Assembly (NCBI GenBank): GCA_964019335.1
Contig: OZ025701.1
Location: forward strand, 372,001 to 436,000
DNA length: 64,000 nt
Source: Diplonema japonicum
Lineage: Eukaryota > Protista > Euglenozoa: Diplonemea
Reading direction: 5' to 3'
The notes below the pieces were generated by a model, which did not search any database, was not told the DNA's origin, and was given only the letters and a program-made list of their open reading frames with translations. Position numbers and translations under genes: made by a program. Shown here one piece after another: positions 28,980 through 40,545 of this stretch (position 1 is its first letter; each line of letters opens with the position of its first letter).

Positions 28980-30388
28980 TTAACGCCGTTTTTTAGATTT
29001 CTTTTGACGCTCCCGCGCCATACGTGAGAATTCAGTGTAATCGCTCGTTTCCGTCTTGTTGTACCAGGCCTGCAGCTCAATGAGAAAACCTTTCTTCAGC
29101 CATATGTGGCTGCCGCAACCACCGCTTGCATGGATGCCTGTCACCTTCCCGGCGGCAGCCTGTGTGGGTTGTTGTTTTCCTTGCAAACATACATCTTGCT
29201 TCCATGCTGGGAAGTATCTCTTGTTCTGCGCTCTGCAGGGGTACTCTATGGGGTTCCACGCATCAGCCTTCGCTAAATACGTATGGCCATGTGGGGCATT
29301 GTGGATAGGACGAGATAGGGGCATCATGGGATACTGAAAAAAAGAAAATGTGTTGTTCATGAATGTTCTTAGAATACCTTAGTCGGGGCACCGTTTAGAT
29401 GAAAGACCTGTGCCACCAGTGCTTGCTCGTACAACCACGGACCGCCAAACCCGTGTTTCGATCGCTTAGTTGCCTCCTCCATGCCCTTCTCGTTATGGAG
29501 GGACTCCAGCGCAACCTCGAAGGCAGCGATTGCCGCTGCTGATGACTTGATCCGTAACATCCCAAGATTCAAATGGTACGCCTGTTCGTAGCAGCCTAGC
29601 ATGTCCACCTTCTCAGGCATTGCCACCCGCAAAGGGTTATTCAGGAGCACCGTGTCTGAATCCATCCAGAACACGGCGAACCCTTTCTTAAGCACAGCGA
29701 GGATCATAGCGAACTTGCACTTTGCATGCATCAGCTTCTCTGGACAGTCGCATGGATGAGGTAGGGGGTGGCAGTAAGTTGTGTCCGGAGGCAGTTCACC
29801 ACCCTTTTTAGGCTCGGTTTTCGTGATGTAGTAATCCGTGCCCATGACGGTGTCGAAGGAGGGTACGGGGCAGTGCGACATCCCAAGCAAAGCAGTGCCT
29901 CCAGGGACAACCTTTGCAAAGTGGTGCAGCATGTTAAACCACATGTCGGAGAGGGGGCCAGGGGTGCTCGTTCTGTATGTGGACAGAAATATCGTATTGT
30001 TGACAGCAAGCTTTTGAAGGGTGTCACTAGGGGGCACCCACAGGTCGATGTTGTCCCCCCTCACGGCGCACATAACGTCCATCCCTTCTGCACACTTCAT
30101 GGAAGGGCAACCAGTCGCGTTCACAGCAGCTTTCGAAATTCGCACCGCTGGTGCAGCTGACGACACCACGGGCGCGTCAGTGTCATTCGCCACAGCTGTA
30201 TTCCCTTCGAGTAATGTATGCGCATCCATCAGCCTCCCTTTGAAGTCCTCAATGTCCAACATGTATACCACACACAGTGTCCCCGCCATCATCAGCCCCA
30301 GCACCTTCGCGTCTTGCTTGTCTTTGCCGCGTGCGACTACTCCCACCACTACTGCGAGCACAACAAGCGACGCGGCGACCCATAACAT
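28980..30388 (-). CDS. Membrane-anchored nucleotide-diphospho-sugar transferase (GT-A, GT77-like); intron 29334..29377
   Basis: N-terminal hydrophobic anchors, K...I...L.KG..VFWMDSDTVLL.NP (DxD motif), LNLGML.IKS and YEQ. A 44-nt GT-AG intron joins the two ORFs. Confidence 0.8.
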
Positions 30389-30472
30389 CAAGCACCCTGC
30401 CCTGTGGTGGGGTTAATCAACAGGACACAGCAACTCCTTTTTCCCCTTTACTTAAACAACCGGCAGGTATTG

Positions 30473-31261
30473 CTACTTGGCCGTGTACGGGTCGCCTACA
30501 GACAACACCTTTTTGAGAAGATAACACGCAGAAAGAAGCCGTGCATCTTGGTACTGCGCAAGGGCTGCAGTTAGGGGAACGAGCTTGAAGGCGATAGGGC
30601 AGTCCATAGGGGAGACAGCACACGTGAGCGATTCGGAGATCTGAGCAAGTTCCGAGGGGTTTACTTTCTTGCGGAAGAGGATCATGCGGGTGCCTTCGTC
30701 GCAGCACTTGGGGACAGTGTGGCTCAGCATGGGCTGGGCTGCACCGTGGATGAGATGCAAAAGGTCCTCAGTGTATTGCTTGTTCAGGTGGACTGTGGTC
30801 GGGAGGCGCATGCTGAGGATATCTGCAGCGTGTCCCCTGAAGTTCCCTGAAGAGTCGAGCATCCCACCGGGCAGCTCAGTCACAACTTCCCCGATGGTGG
30901 GACGGTACTGCTCGGCCACTACCACATGCTCTTCCCCCTCGCAGTGCAGTGCTATCAAGCAAACCGCAGCGTTCCCCCTCAGCACCATTGAGCTTTGCAC
31001 CGTCAGGCCCTTCTCGTTCACAATGCTTGTGTGCACCTTGCACCCAGCCACACGGTTCTCGTAGTGCTCAATATGCAGCAAACTCACCTCCTCCACAAGG
31101 TATTCCGTCACCTTCTCCATCTTTACAACCCATGCCTCAAACGGCCCAAAGCTCTGTACTTCTAACAGCCACTTCTTATCGATACCCTTCCCGGCCATGA
31201 AGGGCACATCTCTGCCTTGGACGTGCACGTATTGATCAGCCATATTAGCCGCATCCTGCAT
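30473..31261 (-). CDS. ADP-sugar pyrophosphatase-like Nudix protein with a degenerate Nudix box
   Basis: LRGNAA..L, EQYRPTIG...ELPGGMLD..GNF.G.A, CDE and D.RLL family motifs. The expected REUXEEXG is replaced by DILSMRLP. Confidence 0.75.
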   Translation of the reverse strand: MQDAANMADQYVHVQGRDVPFMAGKGIDKKWLLEVQSFGPFEAWVVKMEKVTEYLVEEVSLLHIEHYENRVAGCKVHTSIVNEKGLTVQSSMVLRGNAAVCLIALHCEGEEHVVVAEQYRPTIGEVVTELPGGMLDSSGNFRGHAADILSMRLPTTVHLNKQYTEDLLHLIHGAAQPMLSHTVPKCCDEGTRMILFRKKVNPSELAQISESLTCAVSPMDCPIAFKLVPLTAALAQYQDARLLSACYLLKKVLSVGDPYTAK

Positions 31262-31527
31262 CGTGGGGTTGCTGGTTGCAGGAAACAAAAGAGAATTTAT
31301 ATTCAAGAACAAACGTTAAGGACGGGGGAGGGTGTTGGTCAGCGGTCTTTTTTTAACGCTATTACAAGTTAAAAGTAGCGAACATGGGGGTTCGGTTTGC
31401 CGACCACACCCTCACATAACCCAACAAAAAAAAGAGGAAGAGAAAAGGCGGCCGCAGTGCAGGACGGTGCCACTTGCATGCAGCGCCTAAGTTTCATATC
31501 AAATTCAATTTCTATTTCATTTCCGTA

Positions 31528-32575
31528 TCAGTGCACGCTGTGGACGGCGTCGTTGGCGAGCCCGCACTTGTTCTCGCCCATGACGATCCGGTAGTAGCCT
31601 GCCTCGCCCCAGCTGGGACCCCAGGAGTTCTTGATCTTCCAGTAGTTGACGCCGTTCTGTTCGCCGTAGCCGACGATGAGGACTGCGTGGTCCAGGCTCT
31701 CGGGGTTGCACAGCCTGGGGTTGTCGATCCCCTTCGTGTAGTCCTGCATAGGCCCCGCGTTGATCCCGATCGTGATAGGGCCCACCTTCGGGAGCTGGGT
31801 CTTGATGTCCCCCTCTCCAGACGCCTTCTTCGATACTTGGTACCAGCTGCTGATGTTTGCTGCTGTGGGGTACATCCTGTCTGTGTGGCACACCCCGCCG
31901 ATCCCGAACTCAGATGTGTAAGGGTACTGCTCCTCGCTCGCGATACCCTTCTTCTTGATGATCCACGGGAAGGCGCTCTCCTGCAGACCCCCATCACACC
32001 CCGCATTGCCCCCCTCCTTGTCGCACGCCACCAGCTCCTGCTCGCTCAACGACACAAGCTTGTTCCCCCCCAGGAACCACGTCCCCTCGATGTCTCCGGT
32101 TGTCCCAAAGGTCCAGCAACTCCCGCACTGACCTGTTGTTGGTTTCTCTTTTTTTTTTTACGTTCATACCCTGGTTCTTCACCTTCGTCACAGCTCCTAG
32201 AGGCACCCAGTCAAAATCGGTGCTGTTGTCCCCGATGTTCTTGTGGTGTGGGAATCTCTTGCAAGCAGTGCACTCCCCGTTCCACATCGGGGCCTCTTCC
32301 TTCGCCTTTTGAGGGGCCCTCCCCAGGTACAGGTTCTTGAACTCCTCGGGGGTGAGGTCGCTGAACTTTGTCACCCCGTGCGCGGGGTTCCCATTTCTCG
32401 CCACCCTCGCAAGCGACTGCTTGAAGATCCCGAACCTCGTCTCCTCCTCCTTCGCAGTGCTGTACACCTTCCCGTACATCTGTTTGAAGGTGTCAAACTC
32501 CGCACGTGCCGCGTCGCCACTGCTACCCATCGCGAACGCCACACAAGGCAGCGCAAGGAGGCTGAAGGCCTTCAT
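31528..32575 (-). CDS. Papain-family (C1A) cathepsin L/F-like cysteine protease precursor; intron 32133..32169
   Basis: Signal peptide, I29-like prodomain (GVTKFSDLTPEEF), spliced KNQGQCGSCWTF, LDHAVLIVGYG and KNSWG. Confidence 0.95.
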
Positions 32576-32822
32576 CTTAAATGCTTTTATTATCTGAGGT
32601 GCGTACTATGAAGTATCGACAGATTAAACGAACTACACAAAGAATCTGACAACTGAAGTAAACAAAGAAAACAGACAAAAGGGGAAGAACTACGGGTAAA
32701 CTAAGAATTGAACAAATGTTTCAGGAGAGGGGTAAGGTGCTTCTACCCCCCGCCCGCCATCAATAGAAAGTGTTCCCATGGATAGAAAGAAGAAGAAGAA
32801 AAACAGAGAGTTAAATAACTAC

Positions 32823-35800
32823 CTAGACTTTTATAGGGAAACGCTGTCCACCGGAGCCAACATCACCGGGCGCTTCGCCGGCATTGCTTTGCTGTCTCCC
32901 ACGGCCTCTGCCGACAGACGAAAATGGTTTCAAAGAAGACGTGGGCATGACACGTGAATCCAAGTCGTCGATATCCACATATGTAGCAGGACTCTGATCG
33001 TGTTTGAGTGGCTCTACAGGGTCGCCTACAGCAGGCTCGAATTCTTCCCGAGCAAAGGGGTCCTGTGGCTTCTCTGGTGGGGATTCGCCAAATACATCTA
33101 CTTCTGGGTACTGGTAGTCAGGGTAGTACTCTTCATCTTTAGGAGGTATGTACTTTGGACGAGGCTTGTTGTTGGACTCCACAACCTCGCACTGGCTGTC
33201 CGCATCGAAGTCAGGGACATCATCTCTTTGCGGAAGCATCTCCTGCTGGGCGTCTTCTCGTGTTCGTTCCTCGTCATGCTTGCGGTCTTCCCGCAGCCTT
33301 GTCGCCATAAACAAGAACAGCAGCAAACAACAGCATATGACGGCTCCGAGGATAAACGGCCATATCGGCATGGACCCTGACGAGGAATTGTTCTCCTCAG
33401 GCACTGTTGGCTCCACTTGAATTACTGGCGTCACGTCAGGTGTTACCCCCAAGATGTATAGCTCCAGTACATCGACATTCACATTCGACAGCCTTGCCTT
33501 GTTGTTCCCATCCGACAACCAGTTGTAAAATCGTTGAGTAAGTTCCTCTGCCGTCCATCCTCTGTTCGGACAGTCTTTGAATGTTACCGTGATGCCCAGT
33601 TGCGGCGGTGCTGCCACGTCTGGCCTGCTCTCCACGTTTATCAGGGTCGTCGGGTCCTCCGCACAAGACACTAGGTCCAGCGCTTTGGCCACCTCCTGCT
33701 TGAAGCCGCTCTGATCGAAGCAGGCTGGGTTCGATATGTTGGCACATGCTGCTGTGACACGCAACACAACAGTCGGCCTTGACACATTTGGCAACCTGAT
33801 AGGATCCACGACGACCACTACGGGCGGCAGCACAGGGGGCATCATTGGTGGTAGTGTCACAATGACAGGTATGACCTGCACCCATTGGGCAGGTACTGTC
33901 GAGACCAAAGGCACGGCAACAGTGAAGTCTGTCTCTGCTGACGAGATTGAACCAAGGCGCCAGCTTTCCTCGCTGCTGTCCCTCACGACCACCTGCGAGC
34001 CTTTCGTTGCCGACTGCGGGTGGATGTGCTTCCACACCTGCTCCCCTGTATTTGTGGTTACCACTGCTTCGCCTGTCAGCAGCACCTTCTTGACAACCCC
34101 CTTCATCCAGGGCCCTTCGACGCCCTCTCCCACCATCACACGGTTGTTCACCTTGTATCCAATGGGTTGCATTTGTTTGAACGTGGACTCGACCCCGCCC
34201 TGAGTGCGGACAAGGTTCAGCGCGCTGTTCGTAATTTCGCCTTCCACCCAAGAGTCGATCTTTGAATTTCTCACCAGCACCTTTGCCCCTGTCACAAGAG
34301 TTTCCGGCTGTATCTCGGCCCACGACTTCTGCTCCTGTGTGACAGAAGCAGCGATTATGATGCCGTCAGTGACGGAGATCACAGTGGCACGCACCCACGA
34401 CTGGCTACTGTCATCTCGCACGAGCACGGAATCGCCAATGCTGTACCCCGCGGGCTCGATCTTGTTCCACACGGAAGACACTGTGTCGATATGCGGCACG
34501 CCGTTCATGATAGAGTCCACAGTTCCCGTGCGCCACACGTTGCTGTCAGAGTCCCTCACAGAGAGTGTATCGCCCTTGCAGAATATCTGTGGCTTTATTG
34601 CGTTGTTCATCTGTGGACATACCTGTGGCTGGACGTAGTTCCACCGCGCAGCAATTTGGACTTCGTCGTTGCCGCTGTTCGTCCTCATCACATAGCCTTG
34701 GGCCCAGGGCTCGGACTCGCTGTCCCTCACATGCATGGGTTCCCATGGTGCATGATTTATCGGGGCCACCTGCTCCCACACACGAGGCGACCGCCCTGAG
34801 GTGTTCGCAATGATGTTATCTGTGATCTTCAGCACCTCTGCCAGCTGCCAGTTGTTGCTTGACGTTTCCCTTACCAACACGTAAGCCCCAGGGCTCACAA
34901 CGACAGGTCTGTATGACTGCCACTGTTGTGATGGTAGAGTCGTCCTCACTGTTGGCTCGGCACCTCCTGCTGTTACTTCACCCTGGATCCACGGGCCTCC
35001 GTCTCTAACCAACACTTGATCGCCTTTACGGTATCCCTGCATGCAGTGCATCGCTTGTTCGAACAACATACCGCTATCTGTGTTAGCCTCCATATCGCAG
35101 AGGTTCCGTCGACGATGTGCCTCACAGTGGGCTGTTTGGTGGGCTCGAACCCCAACACCGTGCCTAGTTGAAACGGTTCGGTGTTAGAGTTTCGGACCAA
35201 AACAAGCTGGTTGAAGGTGAGGTCAGACTGTGGGTGATGGAGTTAATAATAAGCGCATACCGGGAAGGACTGTTTCCAGGACCTGCTAACGAGTGGAAGT
35301 TCGAAGTCGACGATCGATGAGTCCCACGTGGCGGCACGCCAGCCGCTCTCCGTGCTGTTGCGCACAAAGACAGACGTGTCGGTTGAAAATCCTCTGTTCG
35401 TCAACAGAGACCATGAGAGAGATCTCTGAGGGAGGCCTGTTCCGATATTCCGCACAACGGGATCGTAGTCTTGCGCCTTTATTGCCGTGTCACTGATGAC
35501 TCCGTCGTACGTGGTCACACCGTCAGCCGAAGCAGCTACGCTATCGCCTTGTTGAATGCTCAGAGATATCACCTCTCCCCATTCAGAAATGACTCCCATG
35601 TTGTTTATTACTTCTGTTACTCCGTTGAGGTTGTCAGTTACTAAGCCTAAAATGCGCTGTGTGCCTGCAACAGGAGTACCCCACACAAGGCTGCCCAGGT
35701 CTGGCCCTTGTGTCTGCACCTGGTCATAGGGAGAACCTGCTATTAAAAGCGTTCCCTGAGAAATCGTAACTTGACTTGCGTTGTACGTCCCCCATGGTGC

Positions 35801-38800
35801 TTGGAGATCCCTGGCCACCACACGTGGGACAACAACATCAGCCCCGCATGTCGGGACGACATAAGGCCGTATCTCAGTCCATGTTTGGATGCCCAGTTGC
35901 GTCCTGACAAATACTTCAGCGCCCTCCACCCTGTCAACGACACCTATGGTCCATGGTGTTGAGAAGCTCCTCACGACGATAGGGTCGCCAGGCTTGAACC
36001 CCACTTGTAGGATCTGCTTGAACTGCATTTTCTTCCCCAAAATGTCCACGTCCGCAGAACCCAGCATGGACCCGACCTGCCACCGTTCGTCACGGGTATT
36101 CCTTCCTACCACCACTGCGTCGAAGGCAAGGTTAGCGCCCTGTATCTCGCCAGAGATCCCAAAACCGGCATTGGTTTTGATGACATAGTCGTTGAATCGC
36201 TGTGTTGTGTGCCTTGCTTGCTGTGCTGCATACCGTTGGGCCGACGATTTCGCCAGTGGTCCATGAACTGCTTTGGTTATCCCGCACGCGTACGCGATCA
36301 CCTTCCACCGGTTCCTGCAGTGTGTGTTGTTGCTATCCATTGCGTGCATACCAATGGGATCACAATTTTATACTCCTTGCCCGCTGCACCGTCGGCTTCC
36401 GTGCGCATCTTGAGCCCATTGTTGCTGACGCTGATCACGTCGCCCACCATCCACACACCGTTGTTCAATACAATGGCTTCCCCGCCGATCCACACCCTCG
36501 GCGCCCTCAGCACCACCTCTTGGGGCCTTTCTACTTCTATAGTTCCGCTGACCGTTACAGTGGGCATAGTCAGAGTCTCGCTGACTGTATCAGTTGTCGG
36601 GCTTGTCACTGTATTGCTTGGCACATAATCAAGCGAAACAGTCAGACTTTCTGTTTTTGTGACTTCCTTAGACAGTGTTTCGCTCAAGGTGAAGGTCCGT
36701 GTCTCCGATGCAGTCGGGGTCGGGATGTTGATCGAAGGCGTAAAGGTTGTGGACATGCTCGCACTCAACGAGCTGGTTGGTGTATTGGTTGGTGTAATGG
36801 GCAGCGATATAGTGTGGGTAGGCGTAACAGACACAGTCGGTGTGACGCTTAACGTCAGGCTTGGAGTGAGGGACATTGTTGGAGTCAAGGAAAAGGTAGG
36901 TGTCAGCGAGAACGTCGGCGTCAGGCTGATGCTCACTGTCGGCGAAAGTGAAAAAGTAGGCGTGAGCGAGAAGGTGGTAGTTGCTGTGGGTGTGGGAAGA
37001 GTGAAGGTGGGTGTGGAGGTCTCTGTGGGCGTGGGGAGAGTTATGGTGATTGAAGCTGTTGCTGTAGGAGTGGGCAGTGTTACGGTGAGACTAATGCTGG
37101 GAGTGGGCGTGAACAAAGTCAAGGAGTAAGTGGGTGTCGCAGACTGGCTGGGAAGAGTGACACTAGGCGTGAGGCTGATAGAGGGTGTCACGCTCATCGA
37201 AGGCGTGATACTTATACTCAAAGTGTTGGAGAGGGTGTGGGTCAGGGTCTGGGTAAAAGTAGGTGTAAGACTGAGGGTCGGGGTGTTGGAGAGGGTGTGA
37301 GTCAGGGTCTGGGATAAAGTGGGTGTAAGGCTGTGAGTCAGGGTGACGGAGAAGGTCTGGGTCAAGGTCTGGGACAAAGTGGGTGTAAGGCTGTGGGTCA
37401 GGGTGTTGGAGAGGGATAAGGTCGCAGTCAACGACAATGTGGGAGTGAGTGAGACGGTCGATGTTGGGGAGAGGGTTTCTGTGAGAGATGGCGTCAAAGA
37501 CGCTGATATTGTCGGCGTGAGAGACAGTGATGCTGTCGCCGTCAAAGACTCTGTTAGCGACAGGCTCTCCGTCAGTGTATTCGAGAGAGACAGACTTAAG
37601 GAAGAAGAGATGCTTTTGGTCAGTGAATCCGTAGGACTCAGCGACAAGGAATGCGTTAACGACTCAGAGAACGTCAGCGAAGGGGTGATGCTCAGAGTCG
37701 GAGAGAGAGAGATACTTGGTGTCAGCGAAAAAGTGCTGGTCAAAGAAATGGTCTCAGTGACCGAAAAACTAAGGGATGTTGAAACGGAGGCAGACGGGGT
37801 GATGCTCAAGGTGGGACTTGCGGTGACTGTGTCTGTGAAGTCGTTCTCTTTGTTGGTGACAGCTACGTCAAGCGGCACGTACCCGTTGTAGTCAGTGTCG
37901 CCCGAGGCCACTGCGTTCAGCTGCACGGCATACGTCACGTCACCGTCGAAGGCAGCATCGTCAACTCCCGTCACGGTCACTGTTTGTATGACATTCCAAT
38001 TAGCATTTGTAAATGTCAGTGAGAACGTTGTGCCAGTTAGAACACCGCTTTTGATCGTGCCTTCGGTGATGTCGGTGTTGAGCACAGGGATTATTACGTC
38101 AAGTGCGGGCGGCCCCACAAGAACTACTGTGAACGCGGCAGAGCTGCCTGACTCTGTCGTCGTGAGTGTGTTCGGCGTTACTATTACACCAACACAGCAA
38201 GTAGGATCGGAGCACACGCTTCCTGGGCACACCACGCTGTTTGGTGTAGCCCGTAAAACACCTTGCGGCGCAGCACACGTGTAAGTACCGCACGTTGCCA
38301 CACATGAAATGGTGGTTGTGGGGAACTGGCCTGGCACTGCATTCGAAGCGCAGCTTAGAGTAGTCGCAGTTCCGCTGTATCCCGTGGCGCATTCCAAGTT
38401 GCAGGATGTAGTAGTCGAAGATGTCAGAACGACACCGTTGGTGCAGGGTGTCGGTGCCCCACCTTGCACTCCAGTTGGGAACGTGTAGGCACCACATGAG
38501 TTCTCTGAACATGAACCAGTTAAGCTCCACGTGTTCAGAGCAGTGCAGTCAAGAACCGGTGATCCTAACCACCCAGGGAGGCAGCTCAGAGCACACGTGG
38601 GCTCGAGCACCTCGTCGCATGTCACTGTCGATGTAGCCACAATATTGTGTGTCGCAAAGTTGAAGGGGATCGTGCAGCTCGTGGGCAAGCAGGGGTCCGT
38701 CACTGTCCAGGTATCAGCAGCCGTGCAACCAAGCGCGGGAACAGCTACCGAAACATAACCTGCAAGACATGTAAGGGGGCAAGACCCTTCAGGCACGCTG

Positions 38801-40215
38801 TCGCACGGTGTTGTGGCCGTGGCAACAACATTGTTAGCGACAAAGTTAAATGCCGTAGTGCACATTATTGGTGCACACGCTATGTTTGTCGTTGGCGTGA
38901 GTGCGGTTGGGCTGCAACTGAGGGCTGCGGTGCCTGTTTGCGTGTACCCCACGTCGCACGCCAGGTTACACGTCGGGTTGCTGACAGGTGCCAGTATCAC
39001 GGGCAGTGGGCAGGATCCTTGCACAATACCTGCTGTTAATATGTAGGTAGTGCATGACAGCTCAGTGCAAGTTAAACCTGGTGCCCCGGTTAGAGTCCCA
39101 GTTGGTGAACAAGTAACTATGCTATTTCCAGCGGCTGCGTACCCAGCCACACACGTGCTGACAGTGCACGTCGGGGCGGGTGCCGTAAACGAACCCGCCG
39201 GACAGGCCGTGGGGTCCGTGTTTAACGGCAAGCCAGTACCTATTAGAGGAGCAGCAGCTTGTGCAATACAGTTGTCGGTGCAAGCAGGAGCCACTGTCCA
39301 CGTGTCGGCAGCTGTGCAAGACAGTGTCGGCGAACCCGAGTAACCCGCTGAACACGTCAGCGCACAGGACGGCTCGGGGACGGTGTCACATCCCGTGGTA
39401 ACTACTGCAGCAACGTTGTGCGTGGCGGGGACGAAGGCCACAGTGCAGGAAATGACGGTGCAGGTGGATCCAGTTGCGTCGAAATCACCAGTTGCGCTGC
39501 ACGACAGAGTAATGGCCCCAGTGGCTGTGTACCCGACGTTGCATGTAGGGGTGCAGGTCTGTCCTGTCAGCCTTCCGTTGCAGATGTTGTAGTCGATAGC
39601 TTGCGGGTCCTGATTGGTGATGGTGGCTGACGAAGAGCAGGTGTTTTCAAGACACGTCGGGGAGATAGACCAGGTATCGGCGGCAGCGCATTCCAACATG
39701 GGGGCACCAGAGTGGCCAGTAAGGCACGTCAAAGGACAGGACGGTTCAGCGACAGTGTCGCAGGGGAGGGTGGATCCAGGGAGCTGCGCGTTAGCTGCAG
39801 CAGCTTCGGCGGCAGTGAGAGCTACCGTGCACGATATGTCCGAGCAGGCAGGGGTAACTGGGAAGGCACCATTCGTGCAAGTTAGAGTCCCGATGTTGGT
39901 GCAGGTGTACCCCGGCTCGGAAGTCCACACACAGTCTATCCCACTTATAACACTGCTGCCCTCGGTGCAGCCCGCGACAAAGCCACCTGCGACAGTAGGC
40001 ACCGCACAGTCAGCGAGGCAGCACGCCGCATCATTAGCTGCATTAGTCGGACATGGTGTTCCTGGCACTGCACACGCAATACCAAAAGGGGTCCCTCGTA
40101 ACGTGAACCCGGCACTGCACGTGTACGTTCCACAGTTCCCTTCCACCACAGATATGAGCAGTGCCGCTACCACCCATCTCAAACACCTCCCTGCAGGTGA
40201 ATTTACATCATACAT
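32823..40215 (-). CDS. Giant (~2417 aa) type I surface protein: Cys-rich sushi-like repeats, Calx-beta/cadherin-like domain, Thr/Ser stalk, SH3/Tudor-like GDxVxVRD..W repeats, TM helix; introns 35037..35071, 35228..35260, 36200..36233, 36315..36351
   Basis: Four GTATG...CAG introns (35, 33, 34 and 37 nt) join the ORF-track fragments into one frame. Signal-like N-terminus and C-terminal TM IWPFILGAVICCCLLLFLFM. Confidence 0.85.
36560..37830 (-). repeat. Coding low-complexity (T/S-x)n stalk with ~60-nt tandem units at ~37220-37410
   Basis: TLSLTPTLSQTLTHTLSNTP-type periodicity; the DNA unit gtgttggagagggtgtg.gtcagggtctggg... recurs. Confidence 0.85.
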
Positions 40216-40545
40216 TGACTTCCTCCTGTCGTGAATGCGTTGCAAGGCACAAACAAAAAAAGAAAAGAAAAGTCACAATTGGTCGGAAGCAACAGAAAAG
40301 GGGCGTGAGAGGAACGTTCTCTCGTTTAAAGAAATTAGACAAACCGGGGCCCTGTCGGGCCTCGTGTACTTCTTCATTTTTCTATTTACTCTTTTCTAGC
40401 TTTTTTTTTTTTCTATTGATTTTTGAGTATCGACACCCCCCCCTTTTTGTTGGATTTCCTTTCTTTTAATAGAACACGATTGGGGGTGGGGGGGGGGCTT
40501 CTTTTTTTTTTGTATAGGTTTTCTTATCTTCTGTCCCTGCTTCCT

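Noticed and set aside
32823-40245. Frameshifted pseudogenes, programmed frameshifting or a reassigned stop codon in split ORFs (also ODC, the protease, Cav, SF3B4)
   Set aside because: Each internal break is explained by a short canonical GT-AG intron that restores the frame and conserved motifs. TAA, TAG and TGA all serve as normal stops.
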